A stretch of 41,881 nt of DNA from Hyphochytrium catenoides. Its lineage: Eukaryota; Protista; Hyphochytriomycota. Below are positions 34,001 to 41,881 of the stretch, piece by piece. Each line of letters starts with the position of its first letter. The first letter of the stretch is position 1. The notes under the pieces were generated by a model, which ran no database searches, was not told the origin of the DNA, and worked only from the letters and a program-made list of their open reading frames with translations. The translations under genes and the position numbers were made by a program. The stretch covers positions 1 through 41,881 of the forward strand of contig FLMG01002581.1 in the NCBI GenBank assembly GCA_900088475.1. Direction: 5' to 3'.

Positions 34001-35237
34001 AGAGAAGAATGGCGTGCTTTATTTCCTCATTTTGTCTCGATAGAGCTGTAATTGAGTCCTCCAGCGCCTTCTCCTTTTTCAACTATTGAGATGCTCCGTC
34101 ATACAATCCTATCAATGAAAAATAGCACAATTGTTTCTACCTGTTCTCTCCTCTCAATGGAACTTATGATATGGTCCAACTCCTCTCTGGCGGCAAGGCA
34201 AGACAGTAGAAATATTGTTAAAAGTCTGAGCATGGGGACCCACAAAGTGACACTACCAAATGACGGTGATGGAGGTGTTGACAGCAATGTTGATAGAGGC
34301 AACTGAAAGAAAGTACTGCGAGTGAAAAGATTCGACGCGAGGGAGCGAAGTTACGTCACGAGGAACTAAAAGGATATAAGGACTTTTATCTAGAGACAAC
34401 CGTAGAAAAGAGCGGAGGGCAAGATATAGTGCGAACGGAAGAAAGCAGAAATCAAGAATCAGAAGTGTGGGACGCGATAGTGCTATCGCACTCACAGGCG
34501 GTGCTTTTCTTGAGAAGCGGCTCTTACGGCTTTCACTCGGATGAGCTGCTGCTTCAGTTGGCGGTTTTTCTCTCTTGCTAATTGAAGACTGTGAGCCAGA
34601 GATTGACTGCCCGCTCCTTGAATACCCGGGAGGCCCGGGGCTGGTCCAAACGAAAATTGTTTGGTTCCAGGGTGGACCAAACCTGGATGTGCAATAGGGA
34701 GTCTTCCCTCTTGGTAACAGAGGGCCCGATTAGCTTGACTCTCTAACCTCTGCTGCGAGGCATTTTGAGGCTGCGCACCAGCTGACGAAAGACAAGAGTG
34801 AGAGGTGCCTTCCAAACTATTCACGCAGAACCCTAACCAGAGATAGAGCAAGTTTTCGAAAAGGAAAGCCAGTGAACAGCTGTATGCTTCGTCTGTCCAT
34901 CAGCCAAAGACCAACCTGTATGTTGGCTAAATCTTAGATCATATCCTAATGTGTTTGCTGCTGTATGAGGAGCCGGAGCGCTCAACAGAGGGTAAGCCCC
35001 GGACATACCATTGAGCACCGCATGGCCAGCCGGATGATTGGCAAGGAATGTTCCTGGCACACCTAAACCTGCCCCATATGTGTAAGAGTAACCTGCCCCT
35101 GCTAGAAGAGGGGTAGGCGGCAAGCCGACACCCATAGCACGTTGGGAAGGTGTAGGAGGATATTGATAACCTGACTGCGAAGATGGTGGTCCGCCATACG
35201 TGAAGCTGACGGGGTGGGACTGTCCGAAAGGGTTCAT
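31045..35237 (-). CDS. Uncharacterised multi-exon protein: P/Q/G/Y-rich N-terminus, coiled coils, globular middle, repetitive C-terminal tail
   Basis: ATG 35237 (MNPFGQSHPV..). GT-AG-bounded exons include LAREKNRQLKQQLIRVKA, LKKEKALEDSITALSRQNEEIK, FKLKLDEELERLARNVEAKV, VRVKGLLDALEK, ALRPWDVGIGTKP..IVGSLLYAIVRR, and a last exon ending STVSTHR-stop at 31045. No family recognised. Confidence 0.7.
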
Positions 35238-35935
35238 ACCAAGCTAGAGACCATTTTCCCTATCGGCAAGGCTCAGAGGTGGAGCCATGGGACTCCCGAG
35301 ACCCTATTGGGGTCCTCAAATGAAGGGCTCTAAGAGCAAAGCGACTTGAACGCCTTGATGACATAAATGATATTTGTCCCGAGTCCAAACGTCGACCACC
35401 CTCATCACCGAGCTTGACTCTTATAATCCACTCCTGCCCTTACATACACCTCCCCATTGCCTCTGGCCATTAACACGCTGGACAGAGCTCTAATAAAGAA
35501 GTCTCTGTCTCCATTGTGAAGGTCTCATCAAACAGCAGAGAAACATCAAAAAGACATCACAAGTCGAAGCTCTTAGCAGTGTAACCCTCAAATTAACGGC
35601 TAGGCAGAAGCGCCAACGGCTAGTGATACGAAGCGATCACTGTCATAAACAGAGTCCCAAGCTTCACAGCAGCGGCGATGCTGCTTCCCACTCTGCACTG
35701 GCATAAGAAGCTCATCTGCGTCTCAGGAGAAGGACCGTCGGGGAAACGCTGAGTGGTAGAGAGGAAGAAAAGGGAAGAGACGACCTCCTGCACCTATCGA
35801 TAGCAAAGCTCGTACTTCCATTTGAAATGGTGGTTAGCAGGGGAAGCTAACGGAGCCGAAAGGAGGCACACTCTGGAACGAAAGCCCTTTCCTTCGATAG
35901 TACATGGTGATGGGCATGGTCTCTAGCTAAAAACG
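35238..35935. promoter_or_regulatory. ~700-bp bidirectional promoter region with tandem AACGGCTAG motifs
   Basis: Lies between divergent ATGs at 35237 (-) and 35936 (+). AACGGCTAG at 35595-35603 and 35615-35623; CTAACGGA at 35847-35854. Confidence 0.5.
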
Positions 35936-38900
35936 ATGTCAGGAATCGTGGAGAAGCTCATCCGCCTTGTGGCTAGGTAAAGTAGTATTTAGCGACATGC
36001 AATCTCTTTTGCCGTACCTCAAACCCTTATCCTTATCAGGGCCTTCTATACGGACGAGGTCATCGTAGTGTTGGATGCCCTCATCCGCGACCGCTTCTTG
36101 AAGGTAAGACTGATCAGGCTAAAAAGAGACTGATCTACTTGTGTAAGGGGCGGAGCGAGGTCTAACCGTCGTTATTATAGGATGACGAGCTTGATGTAGC
36201 ACTCAATCTACAAGGTAAACAGGTGAGAAAACCCCAGCTTGATTCATGGCCTTCCATCTACTGCTCTGCTGAGCCAGCCCCTTTGTCCCGCGCTGAATAG
36301 GTCCGCCAAGTCCTCACAGTCCTGGAGCGTGATAGGCTAGTCTGCAGGTAAATCAAGTCCGAGATAGCAACGGTGGCCATGCATTTCAATCCTTACAGCT
36401 TGCCGGTTCCCCATTGAGCCTTGCTGGAAGTCTGACTTGCCGGTGCATGACGTTCTATCTGCTGATGTAGCGAGCAACTGAATGATCGGCAGTTTGGAGG
36501 GAAGTCCGTGGTGACGTACTACTACATCGACTATAAATACGTCAGGGATGTCATCATGTTCCGCTTGTGGAAGATGAATGAGTTCTTGAAGGTCGGTCAC
36601 CGTAGAGCAGGCCCAGGCAGTGTTCAGAGCTTCGCTTGTCCACTCACGCTCCTTATGCGTTGCTCTCTTCACCTAGCATTTTGAACGACGCTCTTTCCTT
36701 TTTCTCTTGCTAAGGCTTCCGAACTCTATTGACGAACGCTGTGAACTGGTTCGTGATTCCACAGAAACGCGAGAAGGAGGAGATGGTGCGGATAATGTAC
36801 AAATGCCAGAACCCGTCGTGTGGGAGTGAGGTTGGTTGTTGCTGAGGCTTCCTCGCTGCGTCTGTTTGTTACTTCCAGCTGCTCCTGGGTCGTGCTACAA
36901 TATACCTCAGCTCCTCAGCTCCAGCTCGATAGCACGTTCAAGCCCCCGTCTAAACTTGTGATCCTCCATGCCTAACGATCGTAGTGGTCTAGCTGTTCCT
37001 GCTTGTCAAGGTTTGCTTCGCTGACTAACCCTCGTAACCTTATAGTATACGGCGCTTGAAGCTCAGCGTCTGATGGCTGGAAATTATGAGTTTCGCTGTG
37101 GTCATTGTGGGGAGCCTCTGATTGAGGTAGTGATAGAGAGTAGCTCTTCTTACTGAAAATAGTGAACCTCTTGCCAAGCTGAACTCGTGATCAAATGCAG
37201 GATACCAATGACGAGAGGCTGTCACATGTGCAGAAGCTCCAGAGAAAGGTACACTTTCCAGTTGACAACTTCACTACTCTATCGTACTGTTAAAGTTAGG
37301 CAGTTCAATCTTGTGGTGGAGTTACAAGCTGCACTGATGATGCGGATGTTACGTTAGTTGGATATGCAGCTGAACGAACACCGGTCAGAAGATGGCATTT
37401 TGTACCACGAAGGCATTAATGGGCTTCTTAAGCAGATTGCAGATTATCTGAACCAGGGAGGCACTCTTCCAACGTACGGCTTCGCTTACCATTTTCCTAA
37501 GCTGTTAGAATGAACCGGTGCTTCTTTTTTTTCAAATCGGGATGTGCTCACATCATCAAACCCTCCGGCTACTCTTACTAGGAATCTACCAAGTGAGAAT
37601 CGAGATCAGCACATGACAAGCAAAGTTCATAGGGGAGGTGGTGGGGGAGGAGGAGGGAGTGGTGGTGGCGGCGGCGGTGGTGGTGGAGGAGGAGGAATGT
37701 CAGGAGGCGGACCGGCGGGTTCTTATTTATATCCCAAGAATATGATGGTAAGCGCCCTACGCCGCTCTACAGCTCTGCACTTGCTACAGTTGACAGTTCC
37801 CTTGTCCTGGTTCTAGGGCCAAGAAATAGTGATAGAGTTTGAAGGAATCTGGGACCACGGTGAGGAGACGGACCGTGGGTCTTTCCATGGCCTCAAAAGG
37901 AAGAGGGTAAGCATATGACTTCTTGTTGTTTCCTATTCTTCTCAAGCTCCACAATGTGTCCGCCAATAGCATTACTGACTTCCGAGTACTTGCTTTTTGT
38001 CTCGTTCCTCTTGAAAGAAGATTACGCAAAGTCTGAGCCTACTGCGCATCTTAGTGCATCTACCTTTATACCTTTTTTACTTTGTTTGGGGCATATATCC
38101 TTGCCAGTATAGCCTTTTTGTCCCATTTGGTCCTTCATACGGTGCGTGATGCTAACACCGTGCATGTGTTCTCAGATGGAAAATGACGATGTTGATGACC
38201 GAGCTTTGAAGAAAGTGGCCTCCTGGGCAGATGCCTTGAAAGGGGGAACGCCAGTCAATCGTCACGGATTGAGCAACGGCAACGGTGGTACGCATACATT
38301 CCTTATAGCATCAGTTTGTTTCACGGTTGGTCATGTATTTCCTTCATGGGTCACATGGATCAAACAGATGATGGAGAGAGTCTAAAAGGCATACAAACTG
38401 ATGAAGAGTTTCGGGCTGAATTTGATAAGCGCTATAACGCCAAGATTTATGGGAATGGAAGTCCACGACCCTTGATGGGAACCAGGAGCCCACGACCACA
38501 CGTCAGGAGCCCTAGAGCCTCGACGCCGGGGAGTCTACGCAGGGTAACGTAATGCATCTTCAGCTACTCTGTGGTCTTTACTGATTTTGAGATCGGGTGT
38601 GCCTTCCGCGTCTGCTACCAATTTCTGACACGAAGTCCCTCCTGGTTCTATGTTCAGCATGGATACATCGACCTCTCGCAGAATGGCTGGCAGTCAGCCA
38701 TTGAAGCTCATGGTGTCGATTGGGAAGATCCCGAGGGCCCTGAGACGAAAGAGCGACCAGAAGATGCTGTAGATATCTCAGTTTCCGTAGGTGGGCGTAT
38801 GGTCCCTCTAAAGGACGTGACAGAAGAAGATGAGGGACGGATGACGGATCAAGAGTTTCAGGTCAGTTTTAAGAGTTCCCAGGCAGGGCGGGATCACTTG

Positions 38901-38966
38901 GGTAAAGGGAGGGGATTTTGGTCCTGAGAGTACATCGCCACCAAGCTAGCCCAGGATGGCCTGTAG
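35936..38966 (+). CDS. GTF2E1: General transcription factor TFIIE alpha subunit, ~15 short exons; final exon tentative
   Basis: Spliced: MSGIVEKLIRLVAR|AFYTDEVIVVLDALIRDRFLK|DDELDVALNLQGKQ|VRQVLTVLERDRLVC..TYYYIDYKYVRDVIMFRLWKMNEFLK (winged helix); Zn ribbon YKCQNPSCGSE|YTALEAQRL..FRCGHCGEPLIE; acidic C-terminal domain VSVGGRMVPLKDVTEEDEGRMTDQEFQ. N-terminal exons are too short for the ORF track. Confidence 0.88.
37634..37696 (+). repeat. (GGN)n tract encoding G8-S-G12 in TFIIE-alpha
   Basis: gga ggt ggt ggg gga gga gga ggg agt ggt ggt ggc ggc ggc ggt ggt ggt gga gga gga gga, in frame within a coding exon. Confidence 0.9.
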
Positions 38967-39418
38967 CGGAGAGCAGTGAATGTGTGGTTGGCAATTGTGC
39001 CCTGACCGGTACCGTTATTTCAGGATTATTATGCGCTGATCGGATAGTTTTATGCTCCGAGCCTCGGAGCAGCAGACAAGAAAGTGAACGGCTGACTGTA
39101 CGCTGGTCCATGTTCGGGCTCATAACCGATACCTTCAGTCGTCCCCTATGTGGTTTTCCTGACAGCGATTGGAAAGCAAGAAGGCCCCAAGTCTGATGAC
39201 ATATACTCAGATGGCTTCATCTTGAGCGCACAATGACGCCCGAGCCTTACCAACTGCCTGGAGTAAAAGGGCAGCCCATCTGCTCCTGCGTGACTACGGG
39301 TGCCACGCACTACGCTGAGAGCAGCCCATGACAAATCAGAGCGCTTCCTAGAGGTCATCGCTTTTCGTCTCCCGTACCGTGTGAAAGAACTAACGAGCAG
39401 CCACCTCGTGGCAGTTTG

Positions 39419-41386
39419 TCACCATTTATCATTAGTTTGTGCTACTTCTGACTCTTTACACGGGAGAGCCTGTGGTCCGCCCCAAAATCTTAGCGAGTTG
39501 AGGCGCCGCATAACCTGAGAAGACGATAGAGACTGGATAGACCACCGAGGAGAACACCACAGCCCCAGCCCAAGTGCCAAGTACAGTTCCTACAGGACAG
39601 ACAGGGTTTGCTTGTTAGACTACTGGTCGTCGGGCTGCTTGATCGTAGAGTCCAGCAAGTGGGAGGACCCTATACCACTTGGCGAGACCCGACCAATAGA
39701 AGTTGGACTACCGACGAGCCAATGGAAAGAGACTGATAGAGACGAGGGTATTAGGGTAGAGAGAGAGCGTCTACCTACCAACTTTTTCGGCACCCACGGC
39801 TGCCAAAATTTGATCAGCGTCCATACCGTACTGGAGCAGCTCATAAAGTGAGAAAACTACTGTCACTCCCACCAGCCGAGAGCCGAGGAAATACGCCGCA
39901 CCGTACTTGTCCATCATTCGCTTTACCATCTCCGTTCCTTTCTCCAAGAAGGAGCGCACTGGGCTGGAAGGAGGAAGCGATGGCTTCCCTTCAGCCGGCG
40001 TGGGTTCTGGAACGCCCGCCGCAGCTTTCGCAAACCTGGATGGGGGTAAGGTTAGCGTTCTGAGCACAAAGAGAGGTTGCCCTGGGAGATATTCATCGTT
40101 CACATAGTAAAAAGCGCTGAAACCGGCCCTCGGGTACGCCACCTCAGGCTGAGCAAATGTAGGAGTTGAGGATGTGCTTACCGCGGGGACGCAGCCCCAA
40201 AGAGTGCGGTCATCTTGACGTGGGTCAGTTCAGGGACCAGACGAGCTAGACCCGCCGCTGCCGCAACATCAAGGGGAAAACGAATGCGGCGAAGTGGTCG
40301 ACTGATGGCATAGGCGACGGCAAAATCGGTGGAAAATGTAACTCCTGCAGATACAGCAGACATTAGGTTCACTCTGAGAAGAAAGATAGGTGCTCAAACT
40401 TTATAAGACAAGAAGAAACTCAAATATGACAAAGGAGAGAGCCTGAGATACGAAGTTCTTATAGCTTGACGGCGGAGATGAAGTATATGTATCATATGCA
40501 TCCTTCAGGCCGTGGCCAATACGGAATAGAAGGCTACTGCCCAAGACACCGTAGACAAGAGAGATTTGCGACTCTAGAGAAGATGTCCGAAGCAGTGGTG
40601 ATGAGTAGAAAATAGTCAACAAGCAGAGAACAACTGGTGACGAGAAGGAGAAAGATCCCTCTGCTTGTACGTACCAAGAGCTTGAAGCACGGTGTAGGTA
40701 CCATAGATGTTCAGAAGATCCATGCCAATCATGCAGATGATGGATTCCCGGGGGAAGTTACTGAAGGCATAGTTCAGCTGGTCGACCATCACCTTCAGAC
40801 CTCTCCTTCTTGCAAGTTTCTTCTCCTCTTTCACTTTCTCCTCTCTTTTTATGCCTATCTCTTCTTTCACTATCTCTTGTCTTTCCGTACGTAACTCCTT
40901 CTCAGCCTGCCCCACATAAGGTAGCCAACACCGTCAGTGAATGTCCTCGTCAGTTGCTAGTATGGCAGGAGAGACACAGGCAAAAAAGTCACTGCTACCC
41001 CCTGTTCCTTCCCGCTGAGACTCGATACCAGGGAAGAAGGAAAGAAGCTGAAGAAGGTGCCGGGACAGGGTTAAAGAGACTCGATCATCTCAGGACGGTC
41101 ACTTACCTTATCTGGCTCTGGGGTGAGCGAGGATAGATAGCGGAAAGGAGTAGAAGGAAAGACAGATGACCTAGCAGAAGACCTAAAGGCAGGCCGTGAA
41201 AGATCCCTTGGGATTGGTCGTCCAGACCTGGGAAGGACTCGATAAGTACGAAGTAGACCACCAGACTCACATGAAGAAGACGAGATGCAACCTGTTCTCC
41301 AGTCCCACACAAGGGAAACCTTTATGATACGGCGTCCTTGGCCTTGGCAGCTGCCTAAGGCTCATCAAAGAGATGCTTCTCCGCAT
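39419..41386 (-). CDS. Membrane protein with two DUF1279/FAM210-like repeats, probable mitochondrial presequence; start tentative
   Basis: Exons encode an R/S-rich N-terminus (..RPAFRSSARSSVFPSTPFRYLSS), a charged coil, repeat 1 (..LLNIYGTYTVLQALG|VTFSTDFAVAYAISRPLRRIRFPLDVAAA) and repeat 2 (VKRMMDKYGAAYFLGSRLVGVTVVFSLYELLQYGMDADQILAAVG..|GTVLGTWAGAVVFSSVVYPVSIVFSGYAAP); TGA at 39421-39419. Confidence 0.7.
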
Positions 41387-41863
41387 CTTGCAGCTCTTCG
41401 TGTCCCCTTAACTAAGAACTATGCCAGTCGATTCCTTGATCAATTGGTGCATCCGACCAAGCTAGAGCGAATGTCAGAATGTACAGCTGAGTCGTCTCGG
41501 TCTACTAGCGCCGCGTGTCTTTCGACTTCGTCCCTTGCGATGGCGAAGCTTACTGAAGGCTGCAGTGCCGTGGGAACACTGCGGGAGGAGCGTCATCTCC
41601 TTCGGCACGTTTGTGCTGATCGTTCTTCCTCGTTACCCTTTGGGCCGGGCCGAGCTGGGCAGATCTTTGGCTCCTTTGTTGCGTCGCCGCTGAGAGAGGG
41701 GAAGCATGGTGAGACTGTTCTTACGCTTTCGAGACCGTAAAGTCGAAGAGATTGCAATAGTTTTGGCGAGGACAGAAGGGGTTATTCTACGGTTTAGAAT
41801 TGAGCTATTCGGAGATGAGATGGATTCTCTGCCATCAGGTCATTGATCGGCTTCTCTCTCGGT

Positions 41864-41881
41864 TCTCTCTCTCTCTCTCTC
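41864..41881. repeat. (TC)n microsatellite running to the window edge
   Basis: tctctctctctctctctc at the end of the window; shorter (TC)n tracts also occur near 18040 and 19390. Confidence 0.9.

Noticed and set aside
1-41881. Prokaryote-style systems (operon, CRISPR array, defence island) or a functional gene cluster
   Set aside because: Genes are spliceosomal-intron-rich eukaryotic genes of unrelated function; no repeat-spacer array or shared pathway is evident.

Overview
This window is eukaryotic, not prokaryotic: intron-rich (mostly ~55-350 nt GT-AG introns), roughly 50% GC, most likely a stramenopile/protist (inferred from protein style). The ORF track therefore fragments nearly every gene, and the models below were spliced by hand. 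Gene order: a decayed unidentified element (~0.3-2.5 kb); an intronless DUF4203/TMEM198-like membrane protein (+); an ABCF1/ABC50-like ABC-F ATPase (+, 12 exons, five tandem exon-encoded N-terminal repeats); an Enhancer-of-zeste/EZH2-like CXC-SET histone methyltransferase (+) whose canonical NHS motif reads NYD; RICTOR (-); an SDIR1-like transmembrane RING-H2 E3 ligase (-); a deleted Ty3/Gypsy relic; an uncharacterised coiled-coil protein (-) head-to-head with TFIIE-alpha (+); and a tandem DUF1279/FAM210-like membrane protein (-). I saw no rRNA, tRNA or CRISPR array, and no convincing novel multi-gene system. The best leads are the E(z) active-site variant, the modular phase-0 exon array in ABCF, the large insertion in RICTOR and paired MSA-like AACGG motifs in promoters.
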